Source: Prorocentrum cordatum
Taxonomy: Eukaryota
Assembly (NCBI GenBank): GCA_963575745.1
Contig: CAUYUJ010000001.1
Location: 2,232,001 to 2,296,000, forward strand
Direction of reading: 5' to 3'
DNA length: 64,000 bases
Part shown: piece after piece, positions 1 through 11,779 of the stretch
Numbering within the stretch: position 1 is the stretch's first letter
Layout of the letters: every line of letters begins with the position of its first letter
Notes under the pieces: model-generated
The model's input: only the letters and a program-made list of their open reading frames with translations
What the model was told of the DNA's origin: nothing
The model's database searches: none
Position numbers and translations under genes: made by a program

Positions 1-843
1 GCAGCCCCGTTAGGGCCTTCAGTATGACACCGCAGCTTCGACGATCTAGGGCAGTTGCCCCCAGTGCAGAAGGCACCCACACCCTGCGCCCATCCCTTCC
101 CCAACACCTCCCCCCTTTCCTTCCATTCCTTTCCCTGATAAAAAACTTGTCCCTGTCGTACCCCGAGGTCGAAGGGGCGGGCCGGGCGTTTCGCTTGAGA
201 CTTCATGGCCGCTTGTGGTCCGGACGGTTTATTTGAATTCGCCACAGTTCCATGGATGAAGGGCGGGTGGTTTTCAACATGCGGTTCTCGGTTTAGCGCC
301 GCGCACGTTCGTTGTGACAAACTACGAGAGCCTCACGGATGGAAGGCGGCTCCTTTTGCTAAGTGCGGCTATCTTTTTTAATGCCGCGCACATTCGCTTA
401 TGATTGTGCAGCACTTTCAGGGTCTCTCCTGGTTCAGGTACCAGAAACGGTGTTTCGGCACGATGTCGGGCTGTCGGGGCGCAACAGTTCCGTTGATTCG
501 TGGCGTTGTACTCCCAGGAATGGCGTTCTGGCACGATTCAGGATCGCCGAGACGCAACAGTAATGGTAATTCGCGGCGTTGAAGTCTTTTGGCGCAGTTC
601 AGTTGTTTCCAAACTGTTGTTTTCCAGCGGGGCATTTCTGTCAGTGAAAGGGATTTTTTGTAGGAAAACCCACGGGGGGAAATTTTGAGAGAGGGATTCT
701 TGCAATATCGTTGATGAGTTCCGGGTTTGCACCGGTCCTTCCCCTCCTCTCCCTTTACAGCCACCGCCTCAAGGAAACGATGTTCTTGAACTTCGGCAGG
801 TGGTGGATATGGATACGTTTGGCCCCTCAGGCGGTGGTTGTGG

Positions 844-2346
844 ATGAAGCCCCGCCCCGCACCCAGGTTTTCTGCGAGCCGCGAGGTGACAGAGCACTTT
901 TCTGCTTGTAGGGAGGGGTGGGAAGAGGTGCAGGCCGGTCCGGCCGGGGGGGGGGGGATGTCCTCGGGCCCCGCGGCGCGTGGCCGAAGGCTGGAGCGCT
1001 GCGGGAGGCATCGCCTGCGGGAGCGTCGGCGGGGGCACGTGCGGCACAGCGTCGCAGCAGCGGGGCTGGTCCTCGGCGTGGCCACGGCCTGGACACGGAG
1101 CGGCGTCGAGGCCTTCGCGCGCCTGGAGCAGGCCCAGGCCGGCTGGGACCGCCACCTGGACGCCGCGGCGGCGCCCGTCTGGCGCCTCGTGGAGCCGCTG
1201 GCCGCCCTGGCGGGCTACGTGTTCCTCGGCCCGGTTCGCCTCCACTTCCACGCCGAAAGCCTGCGCGCGCGCGCGGACGCGGGCGGACAGCTGGCGGTGC
1301 TGCAGGCGAAGCTGGAGGAGGCAGCCGCGGACGCTTGCGGCCGACTGCAGCGGGCGTTCGGGGCGCAGCTCGCCGCAGTGCAGTGCCCGGAAGTGCAGGT
1401 CATCCGTGGAGCGCGGCCGCAGCTGGCCATGTTCCGCCTCGGCGCTGGGCGCCGGTGGCGGCTGGTTGCCACCGAGCCAGTGGGGCGGCTGTTCGAGGGT
1501 GATGAGCTGCGCTTCCTGATCGGGCGAGAAGTAGGGCGCGTGGCCCTGCACCACAGCGCCCCGCTGCTGTCGTGGCCCCTGGCCCGCTTTGCCTCCGACG
1601 TCTTCGCGCTGCCGCGCTTCGTGCTCGGGGGCGCCGCTCGCCGAGGGGGCCCCTCGGCCGGCACGCAGCGGCGGTCGCGGGCTCCGGACCCGGCGCGCGA
1701 GATGCGCAGGGCCTTGGGCCGCGCAGCGGACCAGCTGGTGGAAGTTTGCCAGTTGTACCAGGGGCTGCGCTTCGGTTGCTGGCCCGGCCTCGTGGACCTG
1801 GCCCTAGACCTGGACCTGCTGCTGGCTGGCCAGCGCGCGGAGCCGGTGGCGGCGCGCGAGCTGCGGGCGCTGGACTTGGCAGCGGCGGCGTGCGCGAAGC
1901 TGCGCGCCCCCGGGGGCGCCTCTGCGCTCTGCGTGGCCACAGCGGGCGTCGCGGCTCCCCGGGTAGCGGGCGCCGCGCTGGGCCTCAGCCGGCAGGAGGA
2001 GCGGCGGCTGGGCCATGCGCTGCGGCTGGCCAGCTGGGCGCTGCGGGCGTGGTCTGGCAAGCTGCGCGCGGAGGTCATATCTGCGGACAGGCTGGGAGCG
2101 GTGGCGGCCGGCGGCGATGTGGACGCCGCCCTGCGGGCAATGGTGCGGTTCGCGCAGGAGGGTGATTCTGCGGCGATGGTTGCGCTGCTGGGCGTAGACC
2201 AGATCGTCGAGCAGGCCGACGTGCTGGACCGGGCGCTGCCCCCCAAGCAGTTCGCCACCGAGCCTTCCCTGCCCACCCGAGTGGCCGACCTGGCCGCGTG
2301 GTCCGATTCTCTGCAGGGGCAGATGCTGCTGCGGTATGGGGAGTAG
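844..2346 (+). CDS. Peptidase M48 (Ste24/HtpX)-like protein, probably catalytically inactive; start codon uncertain (ATG 844 or 958)
   Basis: Intronless GC3-rich ORF. ELRFLIGREVGRVALHH sits where M48 has ELxxxxGHELGH; EVISADRLG...DVDAALRAMVRF resembles ExxADR...AL; EPSLPTRVADL resembles the C-terminal HPxxxxR motif. Confidence 0.6.
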   Translation: MKPRPAPRFSASREVTEHFSACREGWEEVQAGPAGGGGMSSGPAARGRRLERCGRHRLRERRRGHVRHSVAAAGLVLGVATAWTRSGVEAFARLEQAQAGWDRHLDAAAAPVWRLVEPLAALAGYVFLGPVRLHFHAESLRARADAGGQLAVLQAKLEEAAADACGRLQRAFGAQLAAVQCPEVQVIRGARPQLAMFRLGAGRRWRLVATEPVGRLFEGDELRFLIGREVGRVALHHSAPLLSWPLARFASDVFALPRFVLGGAARRGGPSAGTQRRSRAPDPAREMRRALGRAADQLVEVCQLYQGLRFGCWPGLVDLALDLDLLLAGQRAEPVAARELRALDLAAAACAKLRAPGGASALCVATAGVAAPRVAGAALGLSRQEERRLGHALRLASWALRAWSGKLRAEVISADRLGAVAAGGDVDAALRAMVRFAQEGDSAAMVALLGVDQIVEQADVLDRALPPKQFATEPSLPTRVADLAAWSDSLQGQMLLRYGE

Positions 2347-3164
2347 GGCTGCGCACCCGCAGCGCCATTCTGATAGCACACGCCCATGGCCCCTCGCCGA
2401 TTCAATTTTTCGACAGGATACGGCCGCTGGCGATGAGTGAGTAATGAAGAAATGCGAATCGTGAGCACCCTACTTGCCGTTCCAGCTGCTTGGCGGCGAC
2501 CCCAGCGTGGGCGTTGCAAGTTGAGCGCCGCCACTGGCCCGAGATCAGCCGATGCCCAACGATCCGCACGATCGTCAAGCCGCGATCGTTCAGGGCTGCA
2601 CCGTTCGATTCGGATCATAAGCCAAGGTGCAAGGCGTCACGACACGAAGCTGGCGGACGTGCCCCCCCACACACATCCGACTGCCGTTAAAACATCTCTG
2701 GCCCCGCGGATCTTCGGCAGCTCTCCAGGGTGCCCGCCTGGCTTCTAAAAGCCCCCCGCGCGCATGAACAGGGTTCGGATGGGGCTAGGACCAGGATAGA
2801 CCTCTGCCAGCGCGTTCTGGAACGATCTAGGGCGTTCCGGAACGCTCTGAGAAGGCCGCGGCGCCCGAGACATCCTCCAGAGCCGCGGGATCTCAGAGGT
2901 TCTCGACTTATCCTCGCCCGAATTTCTCTTCGTCGTGGTTTCGTCCTGAGGGCTGTGCCGACAGAACCGTGCACAGCACGCCCTGCAGGCTCTGCGCAGT
3001 GCACTTGGCCCAGGCTTCTCGCGCGGGGCGGCCCCGCGGGTTGGGCCTCACCTTCCCCGCGCCTCGCCCTCGGCGGAAGGCGGCGGGCAGGTCGGCAGAG
3101 GTGGAGCGGCGGCGGCGGGTCCGCTGGCGGGAGCTGGCGGAAGCTCGGCGGGAGCCTCCGAAAG

Positions 3165-3262
3165 TGAGCCCAGCAAGCTCACCTCAGGGTTCGGCAAGTC
3201 CAAGGCGGGCCGCGCATCCGTGTCACGGTGCGCCCAAGTGCATCAGCGGAGCGAGAGACCCT
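3165..3262 (+). repeat. Dispersed repeat 'X' preceding CAT arrays (second copy ~16035-16128)
   Basis: gctcacc(t/c)cagggtt(c/g)ggcaagtcc...catccgtgtc(a/t)cggtgcgcccaagtgcatcagcgga occurs at both sites, each followed directly by (CAT)n. Confidence 0.85.
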
Positions 3263-3263
3263 G

Positions 3264-3319
<56 letters not shown>

Positions 3320-3966
3320 GTCATCATCAGCAGCAGCAGCAACAGCAGCAACAACATCACCACCATCATCATCGTCATCATCATCATTATTATCATCAGC
3401 GTGATCATCGTCATCATCATCAGCAGCATCAGCAGCAGCATCAATATCACCATCATCATCGTCATCATCATCATCATCATCATCATCAGCACCAGCAACA
3501 GCATCAGCGTCATAGTCACCATAATCAGCATTCTTATCGTAAGCATCACCATCATCATCATCGGCATGGTCATCGCCAGCGTCATCATCATCATCATCAT
3601 CATCAGCAGCAGCATCATCATCATCCTCAGCATCGTCATCATCCTCAGCATCGTCAGCATCATCAGCAGCATAATCGTCAATGCCGTCATCATCACTTTC
3701 ATCATCATCGTCATCATTATCATGATCTGCATCAGCATCAGCATCAACATCATCATGGTCACCAACAACACCATCACCATCAGCAGCATCATCATCATTA
3801 TCAACATCATCAGCCTCATCACCAGCGGCACCAACAGCATCATCATCATCATCAGCATCACCATCATCATCATCATCGCCAGCGTCATCCTCACCATCAG
3901 CAGCATCATCAGCACCACCATCATCACCATCACCACCATCATCTTCTCTTCGTCATCATCATCATA
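3263..3966. repeat. Degenerate (CAT/CAG/CAC)n trinucleotide array
   Basis: Directly visible; it generates spurious poly-His/Ile/Met ORFs. Confidence 0.97.
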
Positions 3967-4123
3967 CATTCGGTTGTTGTGTGTTGGGCTGACGGAAAGC
4001 ACAACTCGCTCGCGTTCTCTGTGCTCACTTTCATGATGCAGTTGCGTGCCCTTCCCACTTGTGTGATTTCGACGGAAGCGCGTGGTCTTCAGACTCTTAC
4101 AGCATGCCCCTACTTCTAGCATC

Positions 4124-4237
4124 TGTGAGGCAGTGCATGCGTGACGTGTGTATACGCACCATTCGCCGCCACTCGCCGCCGTTTGACCTCTAGGGGCCCC
4201 TTTTTCTACCATTGCGCTAAAACGCATCATAATCACA
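4124..4237 (+). repeat. 5' LTR (114 bp, TG...CA)
   Basis: tgtgaggcagtgcatgcgtgacg...cataatcaca aligns to 14423-14535 (roughly 85-90% by eye). Confidence 0.92.
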
Positions 4238-4238
4238 C

Positions 4239-4250
4239 TGGTAGCGGAGC
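4239..4250 (+). promoter_or_regulatory. Primer-binding site, probably initiator tRNA-Met
   Basis: TGGTAGCGGAGC begins after a 1-nt spacer following the LTR-terminal CA; it resembles the TGGTAGCAGAG/TGGTATCAGAGC iMet PBS of Copia elements. Confidence 0.8.
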
Positions 4251-4367
4251 TACCACACAATCCCCGTATCGTACCAGTGCGCGCACGTCTCGTCAGAGAG
4301 TGTAGCACAACCTCTCCTTACTTTCCGTACTGGCAGTTTCCCTCGCTAGGCGACTGAGCCTTGCGCC

Positions 4368-5700
4368 ATGGCACGTTCTTCTCTTCGCTATCGGCCGAGC
4401 GCCGACGCGCTGACGCGGTCCGAGACGAAGAGTGGTTCCTACGTCTACGACGGCACGGTGAACAACTTCCACGTGTGGGAATTCCGCACAGAGGTGCGCA
4501 TGAGCGCCTCCTTGGCCTCAGTGGATCAAAAACGGGTGCGCCACAGCAACACGGGATCACCGCAGCTGTCAACAAGGATGAGAAGGCCTCAGAGGTGACG
4601 CGTTTGATATTGTCATGGATATCGGTAAGGACGTGCTTCTGACTCCGAATGGGATCGACCAGCTGGCGCTGGCGATTCGTACTTCGCTCGTCCCCATAGA
4701 GGCACCCTTCCCCATAGAGGCACAGGGAGCGAAGATCCTGTTCCTGGTGGGGCAGAGACCATATGGACCACTGTCACGACAGCACGGTGAGTCTATGGTC
4801 CCGCACATCTCCCGAAGGAAGCGCTGGTGGAAACTTGTCTCCAAGCTAGATCCTAAGATCTTGATGAGTGACGATATGATTGGATCACTTCTCTTGGACC
4901 ATACAGGTCTCTCGCCTTCGGAGAACCTGATGGCGTTGGCATCCACAGGACATGTGACGACCTTCGACAAGATCAAGGATGTTTTGATCCTTCTGCATGG
5001 CCGTATACACATCCGCCAATACGGCCAGGGTGAGTCCGGTAAAGGCTCCAGCTCTTCGGCGTGGACGCAGCCCAGACCCAGCTACCAGAACAGGAGCAAG
5101 GGCAAGGGCAAAGTGCTCTTCTCCAGGCCACAACACGCCTTCTACACGACTGGTGAATGATGGTGCGAGCAGGAGGAGCATCACCCTGAGGAGCTGAGTC
5201 CTTACGGATATTAGGCGTCCGGCTACGCGCCAGAGCACGGCTGGGACGACACGGCATGGGATGACTACGCCGACGAACACACCTACATTGACGAGGAATC
5301 GTATGCTCACTGGGCTCCTGTCCAGGATAGCAGCGAGCTCGACGTCGAGGTGGTCGACGAGATGGTCAAGGCTGGATACGCAGACGACGAAGCCACTCAC
5401 GCGATCCAAGAGGACCCGGTAGCCAACCTCGGCACCAAGGGGAGGAGCAAAGGCAAAGGAAAGAGCGGAGGCAAGAGTTCCCACCACACGCCCTGGCCGC
5501 CTAAGGGAGGCGGCAAGGGGGGACCTTCCCTGGAAGATCGCAATAAGCGGCTCCAGGATATCAAGAAACGCTCGAAATTCAAAACTGGCCACGAAACAAG
5601 CCATTGGTCCGGGGGCCCTGAATGCAAGGGCAAACCCAGGACGGTAATGGTAGCGCATACAGAAGGCACTTGCGAGCGCCATGTCCAGTTACGCGAGGGC
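4368..5700 (+). pseudogene. Copia gag remnant with degenerate zinc knuckle
   Basis: Fragments YDGTVNNFHVWEFRT and RRKRWWKLVSKLD, KGKGK tracts, and KKRSKFKTGHETSHWSGGPEC (decayed CCHC knuckle); frameshifted. Confidence 0.65.
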
Positions 5701-6841
5701 GACGACGAACAAAAGTTCACATCTGTCAGTTGTGTTGCTGCATCACCAGCACCCCCTCGTCCTATCATTAGAAACAAGGAGGGGTCGATGAGGATGGGTT
5801 TCGGTGTTTCTCGCTTCTGATCCCCCTTCTCTTTTCGCATCATGCGCCACGGGCCACGCGCGCACGCAGGAGCGAATTGCGACGGGCAGTGCAGCTCGCG
5901 GCGCAACCGCGCTTAGCATCATGTCTGCGAGAGTTGGATGGGGATGACCGAAGCCACTCGGTTTCAGGGTCCTCCAGAGCTTCAGGACCAGGAGAAGAGT
6001 CTTCAGACTTCTACAGAGGCCGAAGGGGGATACTCTAGGGTTCATGGCTGTTCGCTCGACCGAATCTTACTCCATGGCTCGCGTTTCTGACGAGGAGTTT
6101 GAGGTGGGGGAATCTGCTTCGGATCCCATCTCTGTTCCTGGTCAGGGTACAGCGCATGCTTCGGGCCAGCACAAAGGGCATCGCCATGTCGCGCTCCCAG
6201 GAATATTCCAGACCGCGTAGATTGGGGTCGCAAAGTGAAGAAACCAAGCGAGGATCTGGTTTTGTTCTCAGGGTGGGCAGATAGCAACTGCCCCCGAAGG
6301 AAGAGGACAGTTTGTGGGAGTTTCGGGGCCGAAAGATTCCGAAAACAAAGTTTTGCCTTCTCCGAGTTCTTCTTCCGGCTTGAACGGGAAACCTCAAGAT
6401 CCCCCGTGGCCTCGCCCATGTGCCCGAGGGTGTAAGAATCTCTCAGAGGTCGGTTCTAGCGCTCGTTTCATCGCTCGCACCTGCAAGGATTGCGGTCACA
6501 AGACCAAGGAGTGGAGGCGCGCGGCACTGCGCCCCCCGGGTGAGCGTCCACGCGATCTTGTAAATAATCGCGGCAGCACTCCAGATATCTTTCGTGCGCA
6601 TTGTTGTCGTCGTTTGACATAGATTGATGAACAGCCCAGGAAGCTAGCAGAAGGCAAGAAAGCAACAGCCGAGAAAGTTGGGCGCTCCAGCAACATGCAA
6701 GCTGAAGCAATCGAGAAGATTAGCGAGGAGGATCGCCGTATCATCTCTGTAGAGTGAAAGCTTGTATTACAGGCTTTCAACAAACGTGCTGTTGATATTT
6801 GCTATGATACAGGTGACACTAGCACCGGTGAGCTGACCCCG

Positions 6842-7375
6842 TTGCTTCATGACCGCGTCGCAGAAGTCGCAGATCACAGTCTTGTCGGTGTTATGGCACC
6901 AACACAGAACGTTTCGATCGAAGGTGCAGCTCTTTTTAAATTTCGCACGGTTGACGTCTTCAAAGATGAAGGTGTGTGGATTGTTCTGGACGAAGGTTGT
7001 AACTCGCGTTGCCGCGGCAAAGCTTGGGCTCTTGACGCAGGGCAGAAATTGGAGAACTTGGCATTCTACCCTACGCGGGCCCGCGGGCAGCGCAAGACGT
7101 GCAGCGGCGTTGGAGGACAAGCAGGGAGTGTGACGACAGGTGAGACGAGTTTCCCGTGTCGCATCGTTGCTTCTCGCGGCGCCGTGAGTGGATGTCTCGA
7201 GTCACATCGGTTGCAAGATTCGGACCATGTTCCTCTCTTGTTATCTCTTCCTGGACAGGCTTCTCTCTGTCTGGCGAAGGATATTGCTAATGGTCGCGCT
7301 CGCTCGAGTCGGGGCGGCGAGGTAGGAATGCGTCCCTGTGCGCGCTCAGGTCTGTTGACCACTCGTCTTGCTTAG
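6842..7375 (+). pseudogene. Copia aspartic protease remnant
   Basis: VWIVLDEGCNSRCRG (D-x-G motif at ~6989) and downstream PLLLSL. Confidence 0.65.
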
Positions 7376-7714
7376 TTTTATCCTAAGCGCGTTGCGGATT
7401 CCATTGGTCCGCTGCACGCGTCGCATCTAAGCAGCTGCCCAGCTCCCGCCGGCCGCGCCGCGCCCCCTGCTGTCGCCGGTCACTGCGGCAACGGCGGGAT
7501 CGCGCGCGCGCCTACGCCCGTCGACCATTCCAGTGACAGCGAGGACGCGCGGGTCGCTGCTATGGCTGCTGGTGCTGGTGCTCGCCCCACACCACAGGGC
7601 TCGAAGTTTTCAGTGATCACGCTGGGTTGGGGGAACTTCGAGTAGAACCCGAGGTGCTCGGGGTCGTCGATACTGAGAGAGTACATTCGTCGCCACCATC
7701 GCTCCAGTCATGAT

Positions 7715-8130
7715 GTGACCACCAGACGGCACGACGCCAACGCCATCATAGATGCGCTCATTGCTGCAGATGAGAATATGGCGAACTATGATCGGCACGT
7801 TTTGATGGACACCAGAGCTCTGAACGATCCGACTCACACGCGTCACAACGGGCATCATCTGGACATCTTGCGCAATTCAGTTGAGAACGAACGCTTTGTT
7901 GGCATCGCTGAGTGTGTAGGAAAAGCTCTGGCGAAGAACAAGTGTTCACATTATGTGTGTATTGTTGCCATCTGTCGTTCTGCTCGGCATCGCTCTGTTG
8001 CAGTCAGTTATGGTTTCAAGCAGTTCTTGAAGCAGTAGGAGATCGAATTCTGCGCACCTGAGCCGTCATGAGTGAGTGGTCCCAGCGCACTTGCAACGGG
8101 GAATGCGATGACTGCTGTCACGTATCCGAT
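7715..8130 (+). pseudogene. RapZ C-terminal-like domain inside the Copia polyprotein region
   Basis: LMDTRALNDP..HNGHH and VCIVAICRSARHRSVAVS resemble the RapZ DxRxLxNP and IAIGCTGGxHRSV motifs; followed by Cys-rich WSQRTCNGECDDC. Confidence 0.55.
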
Positions 8131-10086
8131 TGGGGCCGTAAGATGGCGCGCGCTGCGACTGACAAGATGGTTTCGCTCTTTACTAAATTTTTCGAGAAGT
8201 TCAGTGCACCGCCGCCTCCAGTTCCTGACCAATCTGCAAAGCGCAGACCCCGTGACGGGGCTGAGCTGGCCAGGAGGGAGGAGAAGAGGTCTCGCACTTC
8301 ATCGAGTGGTTGACGGAGTAGACGACAACGACGTGGCCACCTGTCACCCTCGAGCACATCAGAACGATCTGGCGGGAACGTCTTGGCTCTGAGTATATTG
8401 AGGTAGATTTCGAGGTCATGATTAGACGGCATGCCTGGAAAGAGCTGCAATTATATTGGAAGGTCTGTCACGAGGACAACAGGGCGTCTGCAGATTATGC
8501 GACGCGCGCGTACTGCTCGCGAGTATGCAGAGACTGGTATTTTATTTAAACCTGTTGGTGGCAGTTCTTCCTCTGCTGCTGCACCGCCGCCACCTGTCGC
8601 CGCGTCGTCTTCCGCCGCTGCATCAGCCCCATCATACCAGGCGCGAGATCCGCAGGACGATGACGACGACGTGCCGAAGAAAAAGGCCCGCATGAGCAGC
8701 GCCAGCAAAGAGACGGGTCTGCCGCCGGGCGAAGCTGCCCCTCCGGGCACTATCGCTCGCCCTCCTGGAACGCCACCTACGACGCCGCCGCCCAAGCACA
8801 AGCCAGCCGTCCTCGTGCCGACGCAGCCGGACGGACCGCCGCCTGCGCGCCTCGGGACTCCCCTGCCGCCTCCGCCACCGGAGCCGCCGCGCAAGGTAGA
8901 GCCGCTGCCGCCACCGCCAGCGCCTCCGGCGAGCACTGTTCCTTCCAGTAGCGACGACGAGTCGAACAAGACTCGCGCGTCTCGTTCAGGATCCCCGACT
9001 TCTCTCGAAAGGGACCTGGCCGCGGTGAGCGGTGCTCTGGCCGGAGATCCAGTCGTGGACTTCCAGCCGATTGCAGCTGGCGCAGAGCAGCTGAATTCGC
9101 TCTTCTTGCAGGCCATGAAGCAGGGCAAGAAGAGGAACATCATCACGCGCGTTGACCCTCGATCGCTCCCATCAGAGGGATCGACTGGCCGCGCAGACGA
9201 GCGGGACACTGAGAAGTTGGTGCGTGCCAGCTGCAAGATTGATTCGTTCAACACCCAGGTCAAGTTCCCGCCGGCATGGTCTTCTTGGACGAAGTTCGAT
9301 GGGCCGCACCAAGGACACCCAGTCTTGGAGGCGCATAGAAGATCGTGCTGCCATGAATTATTATGTTGATGCTGAAGAGCACGATCGAGTAGCAATATTT
9401 GTGCAGCCTCCGAGAATCCGCGTTGACGGAACATCGTACTAGCGCACGTCCCTGCAGCTGGATCAGCATGAGATGACTTTTATGAGTGCTAAGAATCGTG
9501 CCAAATATTGCTCGGGATTGCGTCGTACCGGTCTGCAAGATGAGTTGTTGTCTGCGCGCGTTGCCGAGCCGTCCGCGCCGGGCATGACTGCTACCGACAA
9601 GGAGATCGTCGAGGAGGTGATCGGGAGCACCGATCCGCTTCGCGGACGAGTGGGGACCAACCTGGCCGTGGTGCTGCTCTACGTCATCGGCATCACATTC
9701 GCCTGCCCACTCTCGAGCGATACGGCTGTGCGCCCAGATCGGGGGCCATCGATGGCAAAAAGACATCGTCGAGCGCAATCCTGATCTTGTTGTAGCCTGC
9801 ACATCATCATCAAAACATCATGCGATCAGCGATTGTTTCTCTGGTTTGGCTCGAAACCATGGTCCTGTATCTGTTGCGTTAGGTTATGAGCCCGATTGCT
9901 CAAGCCTTGAGGTTACCAGCGCGCTGAACTCGCACCTCGAGTCAGATGCCGACATCACGAGTCAGCACTCCCCTGATGTCCTCAGAGAGTTCGGTCAGAA
10001 GGTTAGACTAGATAGGCAAGCATTTTTAGCTTTCTCCGCTGAAGCCGCAGAGGAGAGAGCTAGAGACAATATGGACGCGATCATCG

Positions 10087-11160
10087 GTGATGACGACGTC
10101 TCTACTGTCTATAGTGCGCTTGCGAGATGAAGAACAAGATATCCTGGAACAAATCAACTTACCTGGCGAGCCAGAACACGAAGGAAAGAGAAGGAGAGCG
10201 CAGTTGCAAATCCCGCTCCGCAGAAGGGTCGCTCTTAGACGACTGCGCAGACACTTTGGTCACGTACCTACTCGTGTTCTCGTGCAACTATTGAGAATGT
10301 CGAGGACGTCGTCGGACTACATTCAAGCTGCCAAGCATGATTGCTATGAACATTACGAGCATCATCAGCCGTTAGCTCAGACTCATAAGGTTGCCTTGCC
10401 CAAGAAATTCAGCTTCAAGCATAAGATCGGTATCGACTGTCTGGAGGTAAGGGGCAACAGTGGAGAACGTTGCACCTTCTTGAACATAGCGCGCCAGGTA
10501 CAACATGTCAACGCGTAGTCTTTATCAAACAGGGAGGTGGTGCGCCATCTTCGAGAGCACGCCTCGCTGCATTCCAACAATTCCTGCAATGGGTGAAGAG
10601 TCACGGGATCGACCTCCGCGGCGCCGGAGTCGAGTCTCCCGAACAGATAGGCCGCACCGAGAGACATGGTGGACTTTGGAAGAACATCTTCAAGAGGGTG
10701 GTACACGACAAAAATGTCACCGGACTCGATGAAGTCACCTATACTGCATCAGAAGTTGACAACACGAAGAATGATGTCACGAGTCGGCGGATTCGCGCTT
10801 GCTCAGTGGGCAATCGGAAAGATGCCCCGTGTCCCGGGGAGCCAATTCGACGACGAGGAAGCTTTCGACTTAGGAGTGCTTGCGGATGTTGCAGAGGACG
10901 GAGCCGACAAGTTGTCTCGCCAGGCTGCGATCCGCGCGTCTGCCAGGAAAGCATTCGCGGAACACGACGTCGGGAGTAGAACGGCGAGGGCCGCTTTCCG
11001 AAAAGCAACGCCACTTGCCGGGGAATACCAAGTAGGTGATGTAGTGCGCTTCCGTAAAAGGCCGACCGACGGCGAAGTCACTGCTAAGTGGAGCACTGGT
11101 TCTCGCATCGTTGGATTCGATGGCAAAAACGCACGGGTTATCACAGAGGGTGTGCTTGTT
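10087..11160 (+). pseudogene. Copia integrase remnant
   Basis: ALRRLRRHFGHVP (decayed HHCC), IGIDCLEV, ESPEQIGRTERHGGLWK (catalytic E region), GFALAQWAIG; frameshifted. Confidence 0.85.
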
Positions 11161-11779
11161 TGTGGCTGTCGACAGGCTTCGGCCGCGTACTGCGGCGGAG
11201 GCGTTGGCAGACCAGTATCTCTCCAAGCACCACGACGGTGGAGTCGAAAGATGTGCACCTCCAGACGGACAACCACAGTCATTTGTGGACGCAAACGCGA
11301 GCTGCCAGCACCACAGGTACAAGAGCATTCTGTACAAGAACATCATGTGGCGACAGAAGAGCTGCCTGGGATCCCAGAGGACCCCGAGTTCATAGAAGAA
11401 GAATTTCGCCAAATGGAGGAAGATGAACTGCCTGAAGGAATGGTCGTTCCTGTGACGCCCGTGTCGAGTTCATCGCTGATGACTCCAACGCCACTCCAGA
11501 GGTCTTTGCTAGACGACGCACCACACGGTATACAGAGTCGTAACGAAGTGATGTGCAGAAGAGTCGAGAATGTTAATGGTTGTACGGGAAGGGTTTCCGT
11601 TTCTGCCTCGGAGCTAGCTCCCGATCCGGCGAACCCGCTTCTTGATGCCATGCGCAGGGCCGGAACGCCAGGGCCAGGCATGGATCTGCTAGCCCGCAGG
11701 GAAGCATCATTCTCCGTTAAGCCACATGAATCGCTTGTCGGATTCTGTCTTCAACGAGCGCACCGTTCATAGGCCGCAA

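Noticed and set aside
1215..2618. 467-aa antisense ORF
   Set aside because: Shadow of the GC-rich plus-strand CDS.
2969..4308. Long poly-His/Ile/Met ORFs
   Set aside because: Products of the CAT array; no coding complexity.
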